A model generated the notes under the pieces. That model worked only from the letters and a program-made list of their open reading frames with translations, did no database searches and was not told where the DNA came from. A stretch of 24,479 bases of DNA, taken from Smithellaceae bacterium. Lineage in GTDB: Bacteria > Desulfobacterota > Syntrophia > Syntrophales > Smithellaceae. The position numbers and the translations under genes are program-made. Shown piece by piece: positions 1-7,471 of the stretch (position 1 is the first letter of the stretch; every line of letters starts with the position of its first letter). The stretch spans positions 1-24,479 of the forward strand of contig JAQVLL010000002.1 of the NCBI GenBank assembly GCA_028704195.1, written 5' to 3'.

Positions 1-10
1 CTTCCGATCT
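1..10 (+). other. Illumina adapter remnant (CTTCCGATCT), probable assembly artefact at a contig end
   Basis: Bases 1-10 equal the 3' end of the TruSeq/Illumina primer (..GCTCTTCCGATCT; reverse complement AGATCGGAAG). The Lon frame reads ..STYL-EIG here instead of the usual ..YLDW. Confidence 0.8.
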
Positions 11-923
11 CGAGGTAGGTCGATGATACGGTGTATTCAGCCGAAGACGGGTGCATTCGGGAAAGACGATCCAGTTCTCTCATCGCCTCTTTTTTTGCTT
101 CTTCCGGCAGGTCTTTTTCTTCGATCTTCTTGCGGTATTCGTCGGTTTCCACCGTGTTCTCGTCGGTTTCACCCAGTTCCTGTTTGATTGCTTTGAGCTG
201 CTGCCTGAGGTAGTATTCGCGTTGGCTTTTGTCGATGTCGTCTTTGACCTTGGTCTGGATTTTGTTCCCCAGTTCAAGAACTTCCATCTGGTGGTTCACC
301 ATGCGGGTCAGTTCTTTGAGTCGCTGCTTCACGTCGACAGTATCCAGGACTTTTTGCTTTTCTTCCACCGGTGCGTTGATAATCGACGCAATAAGATCGG
401 CCAGGGTACCCGCCTCTGTTATGGATTTGGCCATGGGCCCGAACTCCGGAGGCAAAAACGGCGAGAGCTTTAAGATGCGGTCGAAAAGGGCCAGCAGATT
501 GGACATCAGCGCTTCGGTTTCCAGATCCTTGACGTCTTTTTCCTCCAGCAGTTTAATGCGTGCCTGCTGGTAAGACTTTCCTTCAATAAGTTCATCAATC
601 GAAAAACGGCTGAGTCCCTGCAAGAGAAGCTGTGTGCGGTTTTCCGTTGTTTTGGCCATTTTCAGAATAACCGCGCAGACACCCACTTCATGCATGTCGT
701 ATTTTTTATACTGGTTCGGTGTTTCCGGTTCCTTTTTAGACATGATCAGACCTACAAGACGATCTTTGGTCATGGCTTCATCTACCAGTACGGATGCACT
801 TCCCGTTACTTCCAGCGGAATCATGGTTTTGGGAAACACCATTACATTTTGCAGCGGAAGGATCGGAATCACTTCCGGAATATTGAACGTATTTTTATTT
901 TCAGACCCGTTTTGTTGAGTCAT
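11..923 (-). CDS. lon: ATP-dependent Lon protease, N-terminal ~300 aa (truncated at the window edge)
   Basis: Manual translation from the ATG at 923 (SD AAGGAGGT upstream): MTQQNGSENKNTFNIPEVIPILPLQNVMVFPKTMIPLEV.. (Lon N-domain PILPL..VFP), then ..QREYYLRQQLKAIKQELG..ELDRLSRMHPSSAEYTVSSTYL. Absent from the ORF track because no stop falls in the window. Confidence 0.95.
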
Positions 924-957
924 TCTTACCTCCTTAATGTGTCGAAAAGAAAATCCG

Positions 958-1398
958 CTACTTCGTCGAAATAACTGACACGCGATGCGCTTTATGAACC
1001 GGCACCTTGCTCATCCTCACCATCAAAATGCCGTCGGCGTAAGAAGCCGTCGCTGACTGCGCGTCCACCGGCAAAGGCAGGGCGATGTTTCTTTCGAAAT
1101 AGCCGTGCGGAATTTCCGCCTGGCAGTAGCGCGCGTTCTGCAAAAGCTGAATCGCCTTGCGAATACCGGCGATTTTAATTTTATTCCGATTGACCTCGAT
1201 ATGCATTTCGTCTTTGTTCAGCCCCGCCATATCAGCAAGCACGATGATCTCATCCGCCGATTCATAAAGATCAATATTGGGGCGCCAGATGCATTCGTAA
1301 TTTTTAAAAGCCGGACTTACCAAATGAAAGATTTCATCCACTGCTTTTTGAAATTCATCTTCAAAATTACCGCCAAAATTAATTTTTATGTAGGTCAT
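958..1398 (-). CDS. Hsp20/alpha-crystallin family small heat-shock protein
   Basis: 146 aa with WRPNIDLYE..ADMAGL..GYFERNIALP..ASYADGIL motifs; directly upstream of lon on the same strand. Confidence 0.92.
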   Translation of the reverse strand: MTYIKINFGGNFEDEFQKAVDEIFHLVSPAFKNYECIWRPNIDLYESADEIIVLADMAGLNKDEMHIEVNRNKIKIAGIRKAIQLLQNARYCQAEIPHGYFERNIALPLPVDAQSATASYADGILMVRMSKVPVHKAHRVSVISTK

Positions 1399-1440
1399 GT
1401 TCGCCGCCTTTTTGTGCCGGATTTATTGATCGTATGTAAA

Positions 1441-1469
1441 ATTATAGTCATTCTAATGTGAATTGTAAA
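1441..1469 (-). promoter_or_regulatory. sigma70-type promoter for hsp20-lon (TTTACA-N17-TATAAT)
   Basis: Minus strand: -35 TTTACA at 1469-1464, 17-nt spacer, perfect -10 TATAAT at 1446-1441. Confidence 0.7.
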
Positions 1470-1486
1470 GACCGGACGGAAAAATT

Positions 1487-1507
1487 GTGGATAGTGGATA
1501 GTGGATG
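1487..1507. repeat. Short tandem heptamer repeat (GTGGATA) x ~3
   Basis: GTGGATA GTGGATA GTGGATG in the hsp20/typA divergent intergenic region. Confidence 0.75.
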
Positions 1508-1520
1508 ATGAAAATTAACC

Positions 1521-1549
1521 TTGCCGGCAGGAAAAAAACACTTTAAAAA
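1521..1549 (+). promoter_or_regulatory. Possible sigma70 promoter for typA (TTGCCG-N17-TAAAAA)
   Basis: Correct 17-nt spacing but mediocre hexamer matches. Confidence 0.3.
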
Positions 1550-1695
1550 AATCGCTGGTTAAATCATCAGGATTTTGCTATGGGAGAGCCCACTTTACGG
1601 AAAGCAAATCATTTCAGGGATATCCCGGTGGTTACACTTCGTTTCGTTTATTCCGACAACCATTTTACGTTGATGAGAGAAAAAGAAAGAGAGTT

Positions 1696-3516
1696 ATGAA
1701 AAAAGATCACTTAAGAAATGTTGCCATTATTGCCCATGTTGACCACGGCAAAACGACTCTGCTCAATGCCATGCTTAAACAGACCGGTGTTTTTCGGTCC
1801 AATCAGGCGGTGGAAGACCGAGTGATGGATTCCATGGCGCTGGAAAAGGAACGCGGGATAACGATTGCGGCAAAGAATACCGCTGTGGACTATAACGGTG
1901 TAAAAATCAATATCGTCGATACTCCCGGTCACGCCGATTTTGGGGGTGAAGTCGAGCGCAGCCTCAACATGGTGGACGGTGCGATGCTTCTGGTTGATGC
2001 TAGTGAGGGTCCGCTGCCCCAGACCCGCTTTGTGTTGAAAAAGGCTCTCGCGCTGCACCTGCCCATCATTCTGGTCATCAATAAAATCGACCGTCCCGAT
2101 GCCCGCATTGAGGAGGTCATCTCCGAGACCTATGATCTCTTTATTGACCTGGGCGCTGAAGAACATCAAATTGATTTCCCGATTTTGTACACCAATTCCA
2201 AGCTCGGTGTCAGCCACAGAAAATTAGGTGACGACAGTTCCGATCTACAGCCGCTTCTACAGACTATTATTGAGTTTATTCCTCAGCCTGAAGGGGATGA
2301 CGAAGCGAACACGCAGTTTTTGGTGACCAATCTGGATTATGATCCTTATGTCGGCCAGATTGCCATCGGCCGTCTACAAAGCGGAAGACTGGAGATGAAT
2401 AAATCATACAGTCTTTGCGCGCAGGATAAAATGATCGGAGGCGTCAAGCTCTCCGCCCTTTACACTTTTTATGGACTGACCAAAAAACCGGTGACCGTTG
2501 CAGAGTCGGGAGACATTATTTCACTGGCCGGGGTGGAAGATGTCACGATCGGAGATACCATTTCCTCACTTGATAATCCGCAGGCCCTGCCGCGTCTGAT
2601 TGTTGATGAGCCGACTGTGTCCATGATCTTTTACGTCAACGATGGCCCCTTCGCGGGCAAGGAGGGAAAATATTTAACCTCCCGCCATTTACTGGAACGG
2701 CTGGAAAAAGAATCCCTGCGCAACGTGGCCATCAAAATCAGAAAGCTGGATCGAACCGATGCGTTTGAAGTCTGCGGGCGAGGTGAATTGCAGATGGCGG
2801 TACTCATTGAAACCATGCGCCGCGAAGGCTATGAATTGATGGTCTCGAAACCTCAGGTTATCACAAAAAAGCAGGATGGGATAACCCTCGAGCCGGTGGA
2901 AAGGTTATTTTTAGACATTCCTGAAGAGTTTGTCGGAAGAATCACGGAAAAGCTGTCCATCCGCAAGGGGAGGTTGGAGAGCCTTGTTAATAAAGGTAGC
3001 GGTCGGGTCAGCATGGAATTTCTGATTCCGTCAAGGGGCCTGATCGGTTTCAGGAGTCAATTTTTAACGGATACCAAGGGGGGTGGTGTAATGAATTCAC
3101 TTCTGGAAGGCTACGCTCCGTGGTCCGGTCTGATCCCGCAGCGCAGTACAGGAGCGCTGGTGGCTGACCGTGCCGGTCGCGTAACAGGTTATGCAAGTTT
3201 CGCGATGGAGGATCGCGGAGAAATGATTGTGGCTGTTGGCACCGATGTCTACGCGGGCATGATCGTCGGCGAGCGGAACCGCACCCAGGATATAAACGTG
3301 AACATCGTCAAGGAAAAGAAACTGACTAACATGAGAGCTTCGACGTCAGATGCCACCGTGATTTTGCGACCGCCCAGGATTTTATCGCTGGATCAGGCCA
3401 TTGAGTTTATTGCCGAAGACGAACTGGTGGAAGTTTCACCGCATAATGTCCGTTTGCGCAAAATGGAACTTGACGCCACGCGCCGCCAGATGAAAGCACG
3501 CAGAGAAGAATCATGA
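1696..3516 (+). CDS. typA: Translational GTPase TypA/BipA
   Basis: 606 aa; [53 protein letters not shown] and KKLTNMRAS motifs. Confidence 0.98.
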   Translation: MKKDHLRNVAIIAHVDHGKTTLLNAMLKQTGVFRSNQAVEDRVMDSMALEKERGITIAAKNTAVDYNGVKINIVDTPGHADFGGEVERSLNMVDGAMLLVDASEGPLPQTRFVLKKALALHLPIILVINKIDRPDARIEEVISETYDLFIDLGAEEHQIDFPILYTNSKLGVSHRKLGDDSSDLQPLLQTIIEFIPQPEGDDEANTQFLVTNLDYDPYVGQIAIGRLQSGRLEMNKSYSLCAQDKMIGGVKLSALYTFYGLTKKPVTVAESGDIISLAGVEDVTIGDTISSLDNPQALPRLIVDEPTVSMIFYVNDGPFAGKEGKYLTSRHLLERLEKESLRNVAIKIRKLDRTDAFEVCGRGELQMAVLIETMRREGYELMVSKPQVITKKQDGITLEPVERLFLDIPEEFVGRITEKLSIRKGRLESLVNKGSGRVSMEFLIPSRGLIGFRSQFLTDTKGGGVMNSLLEGYAPWSGLIPQRSTGALVADRAGRVTGYASFAMEDRGEMIVAVGTDVYAGMIVGERNRTQDINVNIVKEKKLTNMRASTSDATVILRPPRILSLDQAIEFIAEDELVEVSPHNVRLRKMELDATRRQMKARREES

Positions 3517-3532
3517 TGCTATCAAGTCGCAT

Positions 3533-3587
3533 GTAGTTGCCAATTTCAGAATGGCAACTACCGGTAGGGAAGGAATAGCTTCTTTTT
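3533..3587 (+). terminator. Hairpins after typA (probable terminator region)
   Basis: Perfect 10-bp IR GTAGTTGCCA (3533-3542)/TGGCAACTAC (3552-3561), then a weak GAAG-N6-CTTC hairpin followed by TTTTT (3569-3587). Confidence 0.55.
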
Positions 3588-3620
3588 GCGCTTCCTTGCG
3601 GAATACGCCTGCGGAGCATG

Positions 3621-3641
3621 GTCACTGAGCCTGTCGAAGTG
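3621..3641. repeat. REP-like motif GTCACTGAGCCTGTCGAAGTG (single copy)
   Basis: Resembles a dispersed intergenic repeat family (CTTCGACAGGCTCAG core) recalled from Bacteroidota/Deltaproteobacteria; only one copy in this window. Confidence 0.3.
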
Positions 3642-3790
3642 CCGTCGAGCTATCCTTTGAATGCAACTTGGTATGAGTAACGGGCTTTAACGCCATGTTA
3701 AAGTTCAATAATACCATGTGATTCAGAAATATTGCTTTTGTCGGGGCAGAATGGACAGATAATGATGGAAATTGAGGTTGGAAAGACGAT

Positions 3791-3830
3791 CAGCAATCAG
3801 CCGTTACTGAGCGGCAACGGCTGATTGCTG
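3791..3830 (-). terminator. 15-bp perfect hairpin downstream of the lipoprotein gene (between convergent genes)
   Basis: CAGCAATCAGCCGTT (3791-3805), 10-nt loop, AACGGCTGATTGCTG (3816-3830); 15 nt past the stop at 3846. Confidence 0.75.
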
Positions 3831-3845
3831 TGGAACATCAAAAAA

Positions 3846-4253
3846 TTATTTCACGGCTTTTTCTGCTGCCTGTCCAACGGTGTCAACCGTTGTTTCCGCA
3901 CCCTCTTTGACCGCTTCACCAGCTTTCTGCGCGGTGTCTTTTGCTGCGTCAACCGTTGTTTCTGCGGTTTCTTTTACAGTTTCACCGGCTCTCTGTACAG
4001 TATCTTTTGCTGCGTCAACTGTTGTTTCCGCGGTTTCTTTTACAGTTTCACCGGCTTTCTGTACAGTATCTTTTGCTGCGTCAACTGTTGTTTCCGCACC
4101 TTCTTTGACCGCTTCAACGCTTTGATCAATTTGTTCGCCTGCTTTTTCCATTGCCCCCTCTTCTTTCTGGCAGCCGGAGACGGCAACAACAAGGATAAGG
4201 GCAAAGATGATTGGAACAATTCCTTTCAGTAATGCAACAAGTGACTTTTTCAT
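3846..4253 (-). CDS. Lipoprotein with 22-aa tandem amphipathic repeats (LEA/YtxH/apolipoprotein-like), 135 aa
   Basis: Start moved to the ATG at 4253 (SD AAGGAGGT). Basic N-terminus, hydrophobic stretch and lipobox VSG-C28; repeats of AGETVKETAETTVDAAKDTVQK. Confidence 0.85.
   Translation of the reverse strand: MKKSLVALLKGIVPIIFALILVVAVSGCQKEEGAMEKAGEQIDQSVEAVKEGAETTVDAAKDTVQKAGETVKETAETTVDAAKDTVQRAGETVKETAETTVDAAKDTAQKAGEAVKEGAETTVDTVGQAAEKAVK
3883..4118. repeat. 66-bp coding tandem repeat, ~3.5 copies
   Basis: TTCACC(A/G)GCT recurs at 3915, 3981 and 4047, with a partial copy at 4113; exact 66-nt period. Confidence 0.9.
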
Positions 4254-4407
4254 GGAGACCTCCTTTTTGTACATGATATTTTTTGATTTAAAAAATATTC
4301 AGTCTGCCAACTGAACCCTCTCTACTCATTTGTGACTTCACCTGATATGTGGCCGAATGATAGATGAAGTTCTTCTGGATGAAGATGGGTAAATCTGTTA
4401 CCCTTAA

Positions 4408-4437
4408 AATTTAGGATAATTAAATGATTCATGTCAA
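4408..4437 (-). promoter_or_regulatory. Possible sigma70 promoter of the lipoprotein gene (TTGACA-N18-TAAATT)
   Basis: Perfect -35 at 4437-4432, 18-nt spacer, -10-like TAAATT at 4413-4408. Confidence 0.45.
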
Positions 4438-4446
4438 GGGAAATGT

Positions 4447-7245
4447 TTAGCGGTTGAGTTCATCCCGGATAGCCATTCCGATGGTTTCCATGGTATAGGG
4501 CTTTTTGATGTAGGCTCCGGCCCCGAGTCGCTGCGCCTCCCGGACCCGGTCGGTTTCGGAAAAACCGCTTACCAGAATCGCCTTCTGCTTCGGATGGATC
4601 TGCAGAATCCTTTGATAGGTCTCCAGCCCGTCAATTCCCGGCGCCATGATCATGTCCAGAACCAGAAGGTCCGCCCGGTTCTCCCGTAGGTATTCCACGG
4701 CCTCCTCCCCCCCGGAAGCTGTATGAACCTGATACCCCATCTGCGCCAGCAATCCGGAGGCCACGTCTCGCTGCTCGGCAATGTCATCCACCACCAGAAC
4801 GGATTCCCCCCTGCCCCGGTATCGCTCCAGGGGGGTCTTCTGCCTGGGCAGGGTCATCCCCTCCCGTGTCACCGGAAAATATAGCGTAAAGGTAGTACCC
4901 TTGCCAACGTTAGACTGCACTTCAATATAGCCGTCGTGATCCTTTACGGTACCCCAGACGATCGACAACCCGAGGCCGGTGCCGCTTCTTCCCATCCCCT
5001 TGTTTGTGTAAAAGGGCTCAAAGATCTTGTCGAGATTCTCGGCCTCAATCCCCGTCCCCGTGTCCGATACGGTCAAAACAACATAATCCCCCTCCTCAAT
5101 CCGTTCGTACCCTCGGATGTCCCGGTCCAGGTACCGGTTCTCGGTCCGGATGGATACCTCACCCGCATCGGGAACCGCCTCCACCGCATTGGACAACAGG
5201 TTCATTAGCATTTTTTCCATATGGACGGGAGACGCCTTGATATTCATCAGATCCGGGTCACAGTTTGTCCGGATAACCACCCGCGGGTACTGCTCCTTCA
5301 TCCCCTCAAACACCGGCGTCTTGAAAAATCCCGCAATCACCGAGTTCAGATTGATAATCTCCGTCGCCGTGACCCCCCGCCGGGCCATCGTGAGCAGGTC
5401 CTGGATGATGGCCGCCCCTTTTTGGGTGGACTGCATGATCTTTTCGGCGTTGGTCCTTGCCCGCTGACCCTCGGGAAGTTGCATCAACAGCAGCTCCGAA
5501 TATCCGGTCAGAGCTCCCAGAACATTGTTCAGGTCGTGCGCCACCTTGCCCGCCATCCTTCCCAAAACTTCCATCTTCTCCGCACGCTGCAGGCGCTCCT
5601 GCATACTCTTCTGGTACTCCTCCGCCAGCTTCCGCTCGGTAATATCGTTGTACAGGACCTGGAACAGTCGATTGCCGCTCCACAGAACTTCCTTGCGAAA
5701 AACCCGCAGATGCCGGATGTCCCCGTCTCTTCTCACAATGCTGACCTCGTATTCGGACGGCACATACCGGTCTTTCTTCCTTTTAGCTTTCCGGTCTTCG
5801 TGTTCAGCAAAACTCTCAGGTGTGTAGCGATCTTTTGCTGGAATTGCTTCCAGTTCTTCCAGGCTTTTACAACCATAAATATCCAGAAGCGCCCGGTTGG
5901 CATACATCATCTTCCCCGTTTCAACAATAATAAGGGCTCCGAGAGGAGAATCTTCAAGGGAACGCCGAAAGTTTTCTTCTGCCTGCTTGAGCTCCTCTTC
6001 CATTTTTTTCCGTTCTGTGATTTCCAGAACCGAAATGATCCCGGCAGGATTTCCATTATAAACAATAGTCTCTCCCGAAAGGTCGACCCACTTGACGGTC
6101 TTGTCTTTAGAGAGAATTCTGAATTCGTAACGCCGGGTGACGGGCATGCCCTGCTGTCGCTTTTGTCCCCGTTCCATGACCGATTGTCTGTCATCGGGAT
6201 GAACGACATCCCAGAAGTTCATGGACAGGAGTTCCTGATTTGGGTAGCCCGTGATTGCCGTTGCGGCGGGATTCGCATAGATCCATCTGTCGTTTTGAAA
6301 CAAGAGGATAGCCGTTGGAGAAGATTCTGTGAGAATGCGGAATCTTTCTTCGCTTTCCCGAAGGGCATCTTCTGCCTTCTTACGTCTGGTGATGTTTCGG
6401 CCAACGCAGACAATGCCGGCAACTTTTCCATTACGGATGAAAGGGGAGCCGCTTACTTCACCAACGGTCAGGGTGCCATCCTTGCCGATAAATTCATAAA
6501 TAGAAGGCGGAAGAATTGAGCCTTTGAATATCTGGTCCAGATGATTGATGGCCTTTTCCAGAGATTGTGGTGACAGGATGGATCCTATTTCAGAAAGAGG
6601 ACAACCGATGAAATCCTGCGCTTTATATCCCAGTATTTTCTCCACGCTCGGAGACATGCTTAATATGTTGAGATTCGTGTCGAAGGAAAAAATAACATCG
6701 GTGATATTTTCAAAATTCAGGCGATACCTCTCCTCCAGCTCCTTGAACTCCTGGTTCGCCATTTCCAGGTCGAGTATTTTCTTTTCAAGTTTGTGAAAAA
6801 GAATTTCATTGTAGCGTCGGAAAAACTCCATTTCTTCGCCGAGGGGTCTTGCCGCCACGAAATTTTCAGTATTCTTTTCTTCCAGCAGTTCGATCAGGAT
6901 ATTAATCAGGGTTGACGGTTCCTCCGGCTTGATAATGAACCGGTCCGCACCGAGCGCCAGGGCAAATTTTTCGTCTTTTGGTTCCGTGTAGGTCGCTGTA
7001 TAAAAGACAAATGGGATATTTTTGAGTTTTTGGTCCGCTTTGCAGTGCTGGCATAAGGGATATCCGTCCATCACCGGCATCAGGATATCCGAGACGATGA
7101 GGTCGGGCATGTGATCCTGGGCAATTTTCAGGGCGACGCTGCCGTTTAGCGCTTCATGAACGTTCCACCCCTGTTTTTCCATCAGGATTTTCAGCAGGTA
7201 CAAATTGTCTGAATTATCATCAACAATTAAGACGTTTGTATTCAT
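4447..7245 (-). CDS. Hybrid sensor histidine kinase: REC - 3x PAS - HisKA - HATPase - REC (~932 aa)
   Basis: N-terminal REC (VLIVDD..SDILMPVMDG..FIIKP); three PAS domains ending NITRRK/EITERK/DITERK; H-box GKVAHDLNNVL; N/G boxes (NLLSNAVEA, DTGTGI, GTGLGL); C-terminal REC (LVVDD..LDMIM..KKPY). Start moved from the GTG at 7335 to the ATG at 7245 (SD AAGGA). Confidence 0.93.
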   Translation of the reverse strand: MNTNVLIVDDNSDNLYLLKILMEKQGWNVHEALNGSVALKIAQDHMPDLIVSDILMPVMDGYPLCQHCKADQKLKNIPFVFYTATYTEPKDEKFALALGADRFIIKPEEPSTLINILIELLEEKNTENFVAARPLGEEMEFFRRYNEILFHKLEKKILDLEMANQEFKELEERYRLNFENITDVIFSFDTNLNILSMSPSVEKILGYKAQDFIGCPLSEIGSILSPQSLEKAINHLDQIFKGSILPPSIYEFIGKDGTLTVGEVSGSPFIRNGKVAGIVCVGRNITRRKKAEDALRESEERFRILTESSPTAILLFQNDRWIYANPAATAITGYPNQELLSMNFWDVVHPDDRQSVMERGQKRQQGMPVTRRYEFRILSKDKTVKWVDLSGETIVYNGNPAGIISVLEITERKKMEEELKQAEENFRRSLEDSPLGALIIVETGKMMYANRALLDIYGCKSLEELEAIPAKDRYTPESFAEHEDRKAKRKKDRYVPSEYEVSIVRRDGDIRHLRVFRKEVLWSGNRLFQVLYNDITERKLAEEYQKSMQERLQRAEKMEVLGRMAGKVAHDLNNVLGALTGYSELLLMQLPEGQRARTNAEKIMQSTQKGAAIIQDLLTMARRGVTATEIINLNSVIAGFFKTPVFEGMKEQYPRVVIRTNCDPDLMNIKASPVHMEKMLMNLLSNAVEAVPDAGEVSIRTENRYLDRDIRGYERIEEGDYVVLTVSDTGTGIEAENLDKIFEPFYTNKGMGRSGTGLGLSIVWGTVKDHDGYIEVQSNVGKGTTFTLYFPVTREGMTLPRQKTPLERYRGRGESVLVVDDIAEQRDVASGLLAQMGYQVHTASGGEEAVEYLRENRADLLVLDMIMAPGIDGLETYQRILQIHPKQKAILVSGFSETDRVREAQRLGAGAYIKKPYTMETIGMAIRDELNR

Positions 7246-7471
7246 GTGTTCCTTCATGTTAAAGCGACCGGACAGATTGCCTTTTGACCTGACGGCGCGC
7301 CTCCGGGTTCGTTGTTTTGTCGATGGGGCGGGCACGACCCGCGGTTACTTACAGCGGGGAACACGCGTTTATCTATATTTTCACTCAACCTGTCAGAAAG
7401 TCAAGAAAATATTGTATAAAAGCAAGCAGATGGTAATGATATGCTCTTGATATAAAGGTTTATCCGATAGC

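Noticed and set aside
31-974. Several plus-strand ORFs and minus ORF 80-277
   Set aside because: Shadows or alternative frames of lon, which the ORF track missed because it lacks a stop in the window.
1399-1695. CIRCE (HrcA), HAIR (HspR) or CtsR boxes upstream of hsp20-lon
   Set aside because: No match to these consensus sequences on either strand.
3407-3625. 72-aa minus ORF overlapping the typA end
   Set aside because: Overlaps typA antisense and the terminator/repeat region; no motifs or SD.
3825-4232. Cys/Phe-rich repeat ORF (135 aa) and Ser/Thr/Val-rich ORF 3880-4125 on the plus strand
   Set aside because: Antisense frames of the 66-bp lipoprotein repeat; the minus frame has a signal peptide, lipobox and strong SD.
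5221-6519. 432-aa plus-strand ORF
   Set aside because: Antisense shadow of the hybrid kinase; no recognisable motifs or SD.
7246-7335. 30-aa N-terminal extension of the kinase from the GTG at 7335
   Set aside because: Low-complexity basic sequence with no SD; the ATG at 7245 has an SD and begins the REC domain.
7338-7372. CCCGC-N11-GCGGGGAACAC followed by GTTTATC resembles pieces of a type I-E CRISPR repeat
   Set aside because: Single copy, 11-nt loop instead of 4, no second repeat, spacer or cas gene; not an array and probably chance.
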